Source of the DNA: a virus | Taxonomy: Duplodnaviria; Heunggongvirae; Uroviricota; Caudoviricetes | DNA: 64,000 nt | Reading direction: 5' to 3' (one strand) | IMG/VR virus record: IMGVR_UViG_2541047715_000004 | Shown here: piece by piece, positions 29,112 through 38,157 of the stretch | Layout of the letters: every line of letters begins with the position of its first letter | Numbering within the stretch: position 1 is the first letter of the stretch | Program-made: the position numbers and the translations under genes | The notes under the pieces: model-generated | Told to the model about the DNA's origin: nothing | Seen by the model: only the letters and a program-made list of their open reading frames with translations | Databases searched by the model: none

Positions 29112-29171
29112 AGTTTTCCTTTGAAGATAGTTGGACAGTTTCTGCAAAAGGCGGCTAATGCCGCCTTGAAA

Positions 29172-29396
29172 TCATTTACAACGATCAACCATTCGTTTGA
29201 TCTGTTTGGCATGGTTTTCGGGATTACCCGGAGTCGACCATACGCTCATTTGGTGAGTTTTGTGTTCACCTTCTGGATTACCGCATCGCAGTCTGCAAAA
29301 ACAATGTGCAGCACCACCAGCTGCTACCCAGATCCAGCCTTTACTTAATGCATAGTCAATGGCTGCTTGAATATGCTTATTCGGATGTTGCTTCAT
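29172..29396 (-). CDS. small Cys/His-rich hypothetical protein
   Basis: 74 aa ORF directly upstream of the AlpA-like gene on the same strand. Confidence 0.35.
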   Translation of the reverse strand: MKQHPNKHIQAAIDYALSKGWIWVAAGGAAHCFCRLRCGNPEGEHKTHQMSVWSTPGNPENHAKQIKRMVDRCK

Positions 29397-29650
29397 TCGC
29401 CTCCGATAATAGTATTCTATTCACAGTGTTGACATCTGTCAACGGCGACTGAATTTCATCCGTTCATGCCACACCCCCATCCATCTCATGTATGTGACCT
29501 AAAGATGGTCAGCACAGCTTACCAAAATAAGACAACTAATTATCTTCGGTGATCTCAATATTTTCCCCTGAACAAAGTTGACATGACGCCATAAACCCGT
29601 TCTCTGTTTGATATAATTGATACAGATTTTATAAGTAGGAACCTATTAGA

Positions 29651-30082
29651 GTGAACACTGATATTTTTTCTAAAATCATGGCCGATCTGGAGTTCGACCG
29701 CGACAACCTTGAGGAAGTATGGCGTAAACAGCCACGGCTTTTAATGGAGTATGGGTCAAAACTAGCGCAGGCAGATCGAGATGTCGCAGAGGCAAAACTT
29801 AACCTTGAAGCTGTTGAAGCAAAGCTATACGACACAGAGCGTAAGAACTTGAGTATGAACGGCATTAAGTTCAACGAGTCTGTACTGGACGCTAAGGTTA
29901 AAACAAACCCACAGTATCTGTCTAAACGGCAGAAGTTGGATGAAGCACGGCACATCGCAGACATATACAAACATGCTGTCGCCGCCTTTTCGCATCGCCG
30001 AGACATGATCGTTCAGGCGTCAAAGATGGCCATCGTTGAATTAGAGCGATTAGGCTCTGAACGCTTTATTACTCCCCGTTGA
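29651..30082 (+). CDS. hypothetical coiled-coil protein
   Basis: 143 aa, charged, helical-looking. Confidence 0.4.
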   Translation: MNTDIFSKIMADLEFDRDNLEEVWRKQPRLLMEYGSKLAQADRDVAEAKLNLEAVEAKLYDTERKNLSMNGIKFNESVLDAKVKTNPQYLSKRQKLDEARHIADIYKHAVAAFSHRRDMIVQASKMAIVELERLGSERFITPR

Positions 30083-30199
30083 TTTTTGATAGATAATAAG
30101 TAAGTACTGATCTATCATTTAACAGCTCGAAAGAGCCACGAATGAACGAAAGCCCAACGCGCATAGCGCCATCGGCCAAATCACAACAAGGAGAAACAC

Positions 30200-31228
30200 A
30201 TGTCTAAGACATTACTTGATTTGCTTAACAAAACTCGTGAAGACATTGCCGCCAAACGTGGCAACAACGTTGATCTGACTCGCTTAAAAGACGGCGTCAA
30301 CTATATCCGCATCTTCCCGAATAAAGACGACCCAAACGGTAAGTTCTTCCAGACTTTCGGTATGCACTACGTTAAGTATCAGAACGAGGAAGGTAAAGAA
30401 GCAACCAACGCTTATATTTGTGAGCAACATACTCACGGTCGCGCTTGTCAGCTATGCGAAATGGTGATGGAAGGTCGCGCTCGTCACAAGGGTAACAAAG
30501 CAATGGAAGAACGCATCGGTCAAATGCGTGCCACTCCTCGCTACCTGGTCAACGGCATTCTTTCTGCTCGTGAGGATTTCGCAGATGCTGAGAAATGCCA
30601 GTTAATCGAGCTGCCGTCTACTGTATTCGATGATATCTGCAAAGCAATCACCGAAGACATCGCTGATGATATCGGCAATCCACTGAGCAAAGAGGAAGGC
30701 TACGCATTCCTGATTAAACGTACTGGCTCTGGTCGCGATACCAAATATGACGTCTCGCCTAAGCGTAAAGTCTACAAAGGCGATATCGAAGATAAATTCT
30801 GGAACACCCAGCATGATCTGATCGCATACGCAAATCAGGCTGATGAAACTCGTCTTCTGTCGACAGTTCGCACTATGGGTCGTCTGATTGGCATCGCTGC
30901 ACCAACTGCCGCAGCATCTGCACCAGCAATTTCCTCAACCGCGAAAACATCGGCTGCGGCACTACCTGGATTTGGCTCTGTCACTGGTCATACAGAAGGA
31001 GCGACGGCTGTAGCAACCGCGCACACACCGGCTTCTGAACCAACCAGTCTGGTTGATGAAGAAATCCTCCGTGCCGTTGAAACTGAATTTAAACCAGAGG
31101 CAAGTTCCGCTGCCGTTGCCGTATCAGTCAAAGAGTCTGAAGCAGTCGCAGCGACATCTGTAGCAACCGCATCTGCGACGGAAGATGAAGGTCTGGATGA
31201 CCTACTGAGAGAGCTGGACTCTCTGTAA
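30200..31228 (+). CDS. single-stranded DNA-binding protein, T4 gp32-like
   Basis: IRIFPNKDD...CEQHTHGRACQLC zinc-site-like H/C cluster; Ala/Ser/Thr-rich linker and acidic C-terminal tail EDEGLDDLLRELDSL. Confidence 0.65.
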   Translation: MSKTLLDLLNKTREDIAAKRGNNVDLTRLKDGVNYIRIFPNKDDPNGKFFQTFGMHYVKYQNEEGKEATNAYICEQHTHGRACQLCEMVMEGRARHKGNKAMEERIGQMRATPRYLVNGILSAREDFADAEKCQLIELPSTVFDDICKAITEDIADDIGNPLSKEEGYAFLIKRTGSGRDTKYDVSPKRKVYKGDIEDKFWNTQHDLIAYANQADETRLLSTVRTMGRLIGIAAPTAAASAPAISSTAKTSAAALPGFGSVTGHTEGATAVATAHTPASEPTSLVDEEILRAVETEFKPEASSAAVAVSVKESEAVAATSVATASATEDEGLDDLLRELDSL

Positions 31229-31244
31229 TCCCATTACGTGACCA

Positions 31245-31275
31245 GTAAGGCGTCTACGGACGCCTTACTTTTTGG
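31245..31275 (+). terminator. rho-independent terminator after ssb
   Basis: AAGGCGTC-TACG-GACGCCTT hairpin followed by ACTTTTT. Confidence 0.65.
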
Positions 31276-31288
31276 AAGGAATGTACCG

Positions 31289-32233
31289 GTGAATTATCTC
31301 TTCGTAGATGGCAATAGCCTGGGTTATTACCACCAACAATCTGACAAATTGCACAACGGCGAAATGGAAGTACAGGCTGCTTTCGGCTTTGTTAAGAACG
31401 TCCGTCGTTATGCCTCCATCCTCCATGCCCGACCTATGATTCTTTGGGATGGATTTAGTGACAAGCGTCGCGACTTTTACCCGGACTACAAAGCAAATCG
31501 CGACGACGATCCTGATATGAAAAAGATGAAGGAAGGCTTTGCTATCCAGAAGCCATACATCCTCAAAATGATGACCGCGCTTGGAGTTACCCAACTCATT
31601 GCAAAAGATGCAGAAGCGGATGATCTGGCCGGGCTGCTGGTATCCCGCATGGCACCGCAGCCAACCGTTGAACACATCTATCTGTTAACAGGCGATAGCG
31701 ACTGGCTTCAGTTAGTTCGTGAAAACGTAAGCTGGGTAAGCCTGCGTGAAGACGCCAAAAACAAGCAGGTTAATTTTGAGCAATTTGCGGAGCTGACAGG
31801 ATTCGCTACTCCTCGCGCATTTTTGGAAGCAAAAGCATTACAAGGCGATAAATCGGACAACATTAGCGGTGTTGGTGGCATTGGTGCTGGCGGTGCGAAA
31901 GAGCTGCTGCATGAATGGGGAAGTGTCGCAACGATGGTACGCGGCATCAACGACGGCTCAATCGTGGTTGACAAAGGACGCCATAAGACCGCCTTCAACA
32001 AACTAGCGAAGAATGCCTTCAACGAGAAAACAGGCTGTCGAATGCTCGAAGCGTTCAAGAGAAACATCACGCTAATGAACCTGATTGAGACGAAGTTTCC
32101 GCCTACCGAAATCGAAACAATCAAAGGCAATCGTGACGTGAAAGCATTCGAGCAACTGTGCTACGAGCTGAATTTCCGTTCGTTCCTTGAAGACCTTGAA
32201 GTGTTTGTTCTTCCATTCGAAAGGTATTGCTAA
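31289..32233 (+). CDS. 5-prime-3-prime exonuclease / flap endonuclease (FEN family)
   Basis: YLFVDGNSLGYY N-terminal motif and acidic-residue pattern of Pol I 5-prime nuclease / T4 RNase H family; start placed at GTG 31289 downstream of terminator hairpin (table ORF starts 31238). Confidence 0.75.
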   Translation: MNYLFVDGNSLGYYHQQSDKLHNGEMEVQAAFGFVKNVRRYASILHARPMILWDGFSDKRRDFYPDYKANRDDDPDMKKMKEGFAIQKPYILKMMTALGVTQLIAKDAEADDLAGLLVSRMAPQPTVEHIYLLTGDSDWLQLVRENVSWVSLREDAKNKQVNFEQFAELTGFATPRAFLEAKALQGDKSDNISGVGGIGAGGAKELLHEWGSVATMVRGINDGSIVVDKGRHKTAFNKLAKNAFNEKTGCRMLEAFKRNITLMNLIETKFPPTEIETIKGNRDVKAFEQLCYELNFRSFLEDLEVFVLPFERYC

Positions 32234-32499
32234 TGCTTAAATCGATTATTAATGGCGCTACAACCACCCCCACCCAACTGGCAAAAGAGATTGTCTTTTA
32301 TCACGGTGAGTACGCTGTCATCGCACTGCCGTCAATTCTAGGCGCTGCCGGAATGAAAGCGACAGATCGCGAGTTTGGATTAGTCAGCGAGCAGGTCGTA
32401 AAAATCCTCGCTCGTGTATCCAGACTCCTTAATCACGATGCGATTGTATTCGACGAATCCGCCGCTTTAAAACGAATCAACGAAACAAAAGGAGCCTGA
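32227..32499 (+). CDS. hypothetical protein
   Basis: 90 aa ORF immediately upstream of recombinase. Confidence 0.4.
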   Translation: MLMLKSIINGATTTPTQLAKEIVFYHGEYAVIALPSILGAAGMKATDREFGLVSEQVVKILARVSRLLNHDAIVFDESAALKRINETKGA

Positions 32500-32501
32500 T
32501 C

Positions 32502-34841
32502 ATGGCAAAAGGAAAATCCGCACTGGCACTTGCTCTGAAAAAGAAAATCGGTAGCAACGACGAAATTCAGAAAGTAACTCATTGGATTGACACAGGCTTT
32601 CCTCCGTTAAACAAAGCTATTTCCGGTCGTTACGATGGCGGTTTCCCATGTGGTCGTATCGTAGAAGTATTCGGGCCACCAAGCGCGGGGAAATGTGTTA
32701 CCGCAGACACCATGCTGCTGACGGAGCGTGGAATGGTAACAGTGAAAGAGTTGTTTGAGATTGAAGGGTACAAAGCGACATGCACTACTCGCGATGTAGA
32801 GCATAACGTTGGACTCATCAATGAAAATGGCGTGATAGAGAAGACCTCACACCTGACATGGAACAACCGTCGCAAATTCAAGCGTATTAAGCTGGCATCA
32901 GGCGGTTATATCGAGGCTACGTTCCGTCACCCAATCCGTGTGGTTGACGACTTAGGTAATGTCGTCTGGCGACATGCTGAAAAAATCAGTGTAGGCGACA
33001 CGATTCCTTCAATGGTTGGCACACATCAATTCGGCGATCAGCACCTGGATGCCAATATCGCAAAACTGATGGGCTATTTAATTGCTGACGGATACGTGGC
33101 CTCTGAAAATTCAGTGAATTTTTCTAACACAGATCCTTTCATCAAGGATGAGTACTACCGCCTCATTTCGCTGGTATCAGACAAGATGCCAGTTACGAGA
33201 AAACATAACGGCTCGGAAGACCATGTGCTGTTTAGCAAAGAGGTGCGTTCGCTGCTTTTTAAAGAATATGGTCTGGAGTATGAGAAAGCTGCTGGCAAGC
33301 AGGTTCCGTTGAGTGTGCGTCGCGCCAATAGCGAGGCTCAAATTGCATTCCTTCGCGGCTACTTTGAGCTGGAATGCCACGTCAATGATGGTCGCTGCAT
33401 TGAGGTTGTGAGCGCGAGTGGGCTGCTGCTACAGCAAATTCGCCTCATGCTCCTGAATCTGGGGATTACGTCAACTATCTCTGAAAAACACGTCGCGGGT
33501 TATGAAAATACATATTACCGGCTGTCATTCAGTGGCTCTAATTACGACCTTTTTCTGTCAACGATTGGTTTCGAATCTCCGGCACGTTTATCAGTGGCAA
33601 CCAAACGGGACATTGGTTTTGACCGCACTTACTCAGGCTATGTTCCGCACATCAGCGGCTTAGTGAAATCACTCTACGAGTCGCTCACCAAGACCACCCG
33701 TGAAGACTACGCTCTGGTAGACCACGTTATTGGCCGCGGCGATCGTGTCGGAATAGACAAACTGCGAGAAATCTATGTCTCCTTCATTGGCAGAAAGAAT
33801 CGTTTTAACGAGCATCTGTTTGCACAACTGGCAGCGGTAATTGGCTCTAACTTGTTCTACGACGAAGTCGTGGCTATTGAGGAAGGTGAAGCACCAACGT
33901 TCGACGTAGCGATGCCGGAAACACACTCTTTCTGGTCTAACGGGATTATCAGCCACAACACATTCCTTGCAACAGCAGCGATGATCTCCGCTCAAAAACA
34001 AGATGGTCTGGCGGTATTCCTCGATCATGAAAACAGTTTTGACGTTGGCCTGGCTGTAGCCAATGGCCTGAACGCAGATGAGGATGACGGTCAGTGGGTA
34101 TACAAGCAGCCAGATACCTTCGAAGACTCTGTAGAGTTGATCGGCACAATACTTAAATTGGTTCGTGATGAAGAGCTTATCCCCGAATCAGCACCTATCT
34201 GTATCGTGGCTGACTCTCTTGCGTCTATGGTTCCGAACTCCAAAGCCGAGAAGTTCGAAAAGATGGCTGAAGGCACAGCCAAAGACAAAGATCAGCTAAA
34301 CATGAACGACAATACGGCACTGGCTCGTGCGACGAGTGCGAACTTCCCTACTCTGGCTTTGTGGGCACGCAAATACAACGCCTGCATCATCTTCTTGAAT
34401 CAGGTTCGCACAAAAATCGGTGTAATGTTTGGCGACCCTACTACGTCGCCAGGTGGAGATTCACCGAAGTTCTACGCTTCTGTACGTATCCGTCTTGGTG
34501 CATCGGTGATGAAGGATGGTAAAGAGAAGATCGGCCAGGACGTAGGCGCAGAATGCATCAAAAACAAAGTTGCACCACCGTATGGCAAATGCACCTGGAA
34601 ATTCTACTTCGATCCTACTCGTGGCCTCGACGTTATCGAATCGCTCGTCGAGTACATGCTGGAAGAAGGATACCTGCCAAAGAACGCCAGCGGGCGAGTT
34701 GAAATTGGTGACAAGAAATACACCAAATCGCAGATCGTCGAGATGTATCGGGAGAAGCCACTGGCTGAAATCATTGCGGCTTTGCAGGCAATCGACGACC
34801 GAAGAGCAAAAGACAACCCCACCGAGCCAGTAGAAGAGTAA
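32502..34841 (+). CDS. RecA/UvsX-like recombinase containing an intein
   Basis: Exteins (64 + 293 aa) rejoin to GPPSAGK-TFLATAAM Walker A; RecA-like C-terminal region. Confidence 0.8.
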   Translation: MAKGKSALALALKKKIGSNDEIQKVTHWIDTGFPPLNKAISGRYDGGFPCGRIVEVFGPPSAGKCVTADTMLLTERGMVTVKELFEIEGYKATCTTRDVEHNVGLINENGVIEKTSHLTWNNRRKFKRIKLASGGYIEATFRHPIRVVDDLGNVVWRHAEKISVGDTIPSMVGTHQFGDQHLDANIAKLMGYLIADGYVASENSVNFSNTDPFIKDEYYRLISLVSDKMPVTRKHNGSEDHVLFSKEVRSLLFKEYGLEYEKAAGKQVPLSVRRANSEAQIAFLRGYFELECHVNDGRCIEVVSASGLLLQQIRLMLLNLGITSTISEKHVAGYENTYYRLSFSGSNYDLFLSTIGFESPARLSVATKRDIGFDRTYSGYVPHISGLVKSLYESLTKTTREDYALVDHVIGRGDRVGIDKLREIYVSFIGRKNRFNEHLFAQLAAVIGSNLFYDEVVAIEEGEAPTFDVAMPETHSFWSNGIISHNTFLATAAMISAQKQDGLAVFLDHENSFDVGLAVANGLNADEDDGQWVYKQPDTFEDSVELIGTILKLVRDEELIPESAPICIVADSLASMVPNSKAEKFEKMAEGTAKDKDQLNMNDNTALARATSANFPTLALWARKYNACIIFLNQVRTKIGVMFGDPTTSPGGDSPKFYASVRIRLGASVMKDGKEKIGQDVGAECIKNKVAPPYGKCTWKFYFDPTRGLDVIESLVEYMLEEGYLPKNASGRVEIGDKKYTKSQIVEMYREKPLAEIIAALQAIDDRRAKDNPTEPVEE
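32694..33959 (+). mobile_element. intein with LAGLIDADG homing-endonuclease domain
   Basis: Starts with Cys (CVTADTML), TFRH block B, LMGYLIADGYV and FLRGYFELECHV motifs, ends ...GIISHN followed by Thr. Confidence 0.75.
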
Positions 34842-34844
34842 ACA

Positions 34845-34872
34845 CAAGGCGTCCTGTGGACGCCTTTTTATC
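34845..34872 (+). terminator. rho-independent terminator
   Basis: GGCGTCC-TGT-GGACGCC hairpin followed by TTTTTA. Confidence 0.7.
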
Positions 34873-34932
34873 TCTTGAAAATATATAAGTACTTACTTAT
34901 TATTTTCGCATAAAAACCACATAGGAAAACAC

Positions 34933-35133
34933 ATGATCAAAATCTATCTATTGGCAGTAGCCACAGGCCTTTCAGTGGCTCTCATCTACGGTTTACTGGT
35001 TCCGTCGCTGATTTCTACCAAGAGTGATTTAGCCGTCATGTTTGGAGTTGTCGTTGGTTTTGGTGCTCCTGTAATCGGTCTTATTGCTGGTCGTAAGTTT
35101 ATCAACTCATTAATCAAAGCAAAGGGGAAATAA
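34933..35133 (+). CDS. small two-TM membrane protein
   Basis: 66 aa, two hydrophobic helices; 4 nt upstream of SPFH gene. Confidence 0.45.
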   Translation: MIKIYLLAVATGLSVALIYGLLVPSLISTKSDLAVMFGVVVGFGAPVIGLIAGRKFINSLIKAKGK

Positions 35134-35136
35134 GTA

Positions 35137-35967
35137 ATGAAGAAAGGTTTACTTGCAGTTGCTCTGGCGGCTATTTGCACAATGGGTCTTACTGGCTGTG
35201 ATCGCGTGGAGCCTGGATACGTTGGCATCAAAGTAAACAAATTAGGTGAAGACAAAGGGATTGGTGAAGTGGTTGGCGTTGGTCGCCAATGGACAGGTCT
35301 TAACACCGAACTTTACGTATTCCCGACCTTCAAACAAATGAAGACCTACGACGAGCCGTTCACATTCCAGATGAGTGACGGTACTGCTATTGGTCACAAA
35401 ATTGGCGTTGCGTATCTGGTTAATCGTGACAAGGTAACGACGGTGTTCCAGACCTATCGCAAAGGCGTAGACGATATCACCGAATCAGATCTGCGTCAGA
35501 AAATTGCCGACTCTCTAAACCGTTTGGCCAGCCGTATGACCACTGACTCATTTATCGACGGTGGTAAGGCACAATTGCTGGACAACGCACTGAAAGATAT
35601 TCAGAAAGAGATGTCTCCGGTTGGTATTGAGGTACTGAGCCTGTCATGGGTTGGAAAGCCTGATTACCCAAAAACTGTCATTGAATCTATTAACGCCAAA
35701 GTAACGGCTAACCAGCGTACTCTGCAACGTCAGCAGGAAGTTGAACAACGTAAAGCTGAGGCGAATATGCTACGTGAACAGGCTAATGGTGAAGCTGATG
35801 CTATCCGTGCTCGTGCGCAAGCAGAAGCAGACGCCATTCGTCTGCGCGGTGAAGCTCTGCGTCAAAACCCGAACGTTATGGAACTGGAAGCCATCAATAA
35901 ATGGAATGGCCAGTTACCGCAGTACATGACTCAAGGGGCTAACACTCCTTTCATTACAGTGAAATAA
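35137..35967 (+). CDS. SPFH/band-7 domain lipoprotein
   Basis: Signal peptide with lipobox LTGC; SPFH-like core; Ala/Glu/Arg/Gln-rich coiled-coil C-terminal region. Confidence 0.65.
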   Translation: MKKGLLAVALAAICTMGLTGCDRVEPGYVGIKVNKLGEDKGIGEVVGVGRQWTGLNTELYVFPTFKQMKTYDEPFTFQMSDGTAIGHKIGVAYLVNRDKVTTVFQTYRKGVDDITESDLRQKIADSLNRLASRMTTDSFIDGGKAQLLDNALKDIQKEMSPVGIEVLSLSWVGKPDYPKTVIESINAKVTANQRTLQRQQEVEQRKAEANMLREQANGEADAIRARAQAEADAIRLRGEALRQNPNVMELEAINKWNGQLPQYMTQGANTPFITVK

Positions 35968-35982
35968 CTCCCCTAAAAAGTT

Positions 35983-36009
35983 CAGGCGTCCAGTTGGACG
36001 CCTTTTTTA
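35983..36009 (+). terminator. rho-independent terminator
   Basis: AGGCGTCC-AGTT-GGACGCCT hairpin followed by TTTTT. Confidence 0.75.
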
Positions 36010-36058
36010 TCGCAATTATCTTATTAAGAAAACAATTTGTTTAAAAGGATAAGAAAAC

Positions 36059-36484
36059 ATGGCAGCTATTAAGAAACTCTACGATGCCGCAAACGTGGCT
36101 CTGGATGTTATTGATGATGAAGTAGCAAAAGGCTTTCCTGAACCTGATTGGGCGCATCAGCTACGAAACGCTATCGCAGAAATGACCCCACCAGATCCAA
36201 CCCCCGACGAGACAGACTGGCAGCGATTCATCCGTATGTACGCTCAGGAAATAGGTCCAACGCCAACGGCAGAGCAGGCAATGCTGCTGAAATACTTCAA
36301 AGAGGCGGGAGAGGATTTACCAATTGATGACTCAGCATATTGGTTCCACTGCGCATGGCGTAAGTATGACGTGATATTCACACAAGGCATGGGAAGCAAA
36401 GATATGGTTGTGTGGCATCTACTCCATATAGACACAGCCGTTGACAGAGTTATTGAACAGTTTTTCCCTAAACAAGAAGATTGA
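36059..36484 (+). CDS. hypothetical protein
   Basis: 141 aa ORF preceded by AAACAATTTGTTT upstream motif. Confidence 0.45.
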   Translation: MAAIKKLYDAANVALDVIDDEVAKGFPEPDWAHQLRNAIAEMTPPDPTPDETDWQRFIRMYAQEIGPTPTAEQAMLLKYFKEAGEDLPIDDSAYWFHCAWRKYDVIFTQGMGSKDMVVWHLLHIDTAVDRVIEQFFPKQED

Positions 36485-36539
36485 TCGCCTATTCATAACT
36501 AACAAAATAAGTAAACACTAACCACAAAAGGAAAAACAC

Positions 36540-36815
36540 ATGAGAGTTTTAGTTCGAATCGTTACCAGCACTGTCTATGACGTGTTTCCGCTTTTTATGG
36601 TCAAAGCCGATGGCCTTAACGACGAAGAAACTGACGCGCTGATCCAGCGTATTCTCGTTGAATATACAGGTCATGACGCTGATTCAGTGATGGTTGATGA
36701 TGATGGTGTTTGTTGGCATAACGGCAACTGTTGGTACGTAGAAGAGACTCAACAAATCAGTGATGAAGATGCCGAACATCTTGAGCGTATTTTAAGCATC
36801 AGCACTTTTGAGTGA
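36540..36815 (+). CDS. hypothetical acidic protein
   Basis: 91 aa ORF. Confidence 0.4.
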   Translation: MRVLVRIVTSTVYDVFPLFMVKADGLNDEETDALIQRILVEYTGHDADSVMVDDDGVCWHNGNCWYVEETQQISDEDAEHLERILSISTFE

Positions 36816-37030
36816 GTTTACAGTAAAATTTATATAAGTTAGTATCTACCTATCATGAAGATTTTTATTGAATACTTGTTACTCATCGTTTCAATAGCTT
36901 TTGTCATCGACTGCATTTTCACTGGTGTCATTCGTAAAGTCTTTTCCCCGGTGCACGACGTAGTCATAAACGCTTTGGCTATCGTGCTCGTATTTAATTC
37001 AGCATTTGATGTAATCAAAGAGGTGGCAGC

Positions 37031-37366
37031 ATGAAGGCCATCCCATTCGCGCTGTTGTTCCTTTCTTCGATCGTTGTGGCCGACACCACTGTTTATCAGT
37101 GTGAAATGTCTGTAGCCGACGTTAAGAATGGCGCTCTTACCGACGTCATAAAAGCACCATATGGAGCGATGGTCGTAGACAGCGGCGACCAGTTCTATGT
37201 TGTGCGTGACGATCGAGTGTTGTCATCCCCATATCTCACAAATCGTAATGGCAAATTAACCGGCGTCGGAGAAGACCACTTCGTATACAACAAATACAAG
37301 GGCTTCTATGGCGTTCACGCTTCTCAGCAAAGCTACCTTTTCGATGACTGCAAGGAGGTTGGATAA
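37031..37366 (+). CDS. secreted hypothetical protein
   Basis: N-terminal signal peptide MKAIPFALLFLSSIVVA; preceded by unlisted 59-aa membrane ORF (about 36855..37034) overlapping its start. Confidence 0.45.
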   Translation: MKAIPFALLFLSSIVVADTTVYQCEMSVADVKNGALTDVIKAPYGAMVVDSGDQFYVVRDDRVLSSPYLTNRNGKLTGVGEDHFVYNKYKGFYGVHASQQSYLFDDCKEVG

Positions 37367-37578
37367 TGGCATTAACACTGGCAGGTCTGGAAATCGAGAA
37401 AACAAGCGGATACTGGCGTGCTAAGGGTTTCAAGCAGCCTGGCATTCTTGAGCGTCTGGAACGTGAAGATGGGTATATCGTCCACCAGCGGCGTGAATGG
37501 CGTATGTACGATCCAGAAACAGGAAAACTGACTACAAAAGCCGGAACACTTTGGGGTCTGTTGAAGAAAATACACTAA
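37366..37578 (+). CDS. hypothetical protein
   Basis: 70 aa ORF; hairpin GACTGCGG...CCGCAGTC downstream. Confidence 0.35.
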   Translation: MALTLAGLEIEKTSGYWRAKGFKQPGILERLEREDGYIVHQRREWRMYDPETGKLTTKAGTLWGLLKKIH

Positions 37579-37624
37579 ATGCAAACTGACTGCGGCACGT
37601 TCCGCAGTCATATTTCATAGTCGT

Positions 37625-38157
37625 CACCGCTGACAGCATACACAATCAACTGCCGCTGATAGCATATCGAGAGTCTATCTCACCGCTCACAGCATACTTT
37701 ACTCGATTTTTTACCGCTGACAGCATACTTAAGACATTGCATGAATAATGTGTACCGGTATGGGTATAACCAGAACAAAATTACCGCTGGCAGCATACGA
37801 AGGTCTGACATATGCCATTAATTACCGCTGATAGCATATCCAAACAAAAATTCCTCAATAAAACACCGCTGACAGCATACGTTCTATCAGGGAGCAGCAG
37901 GCAATAAATACCTTTCACTACAAGTAATCAGCGCAATGGGAATAGAATGTTAGTGAGCGCAAACCTATATGGAATGCACTCTTCGAGGTTAGTAACCACT
38001 GGGGAGGTATAAAAGAGCATTGAGTGGTGATAGATGATTTACCGCTCACAGCATACGTTTATCTCACTATACCGCTGGTAGCATATCTTTAACCGTTCAC
38101 AGCATACTTTTCAGAAAAATAGCCGCTGATAGCATACATTTCACCGCTGACAGCATA
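37625..38157. repeat. iteron array (about 12 direct repeats), incA-like control locus downstream of rep
   Basis: Repeats of CCGCTGACAGCATA and close variants (CTGATAGCATA, CTCACAGCATA, CTGGCAGCATA) spaced 20-50 bp, with a repeat-free gap 37880..38040. Confidence 0.8.

Noticed and set aside
31238-31288. Upstream start of flap endonuclease ORF at 31238
   Set aside because: First 17 codons would translate a hairpin plus T-tract terminator (31245..31275); GTG at 31289 with upstream GGAAGGA is preferred, though the longer form cannot be excluded
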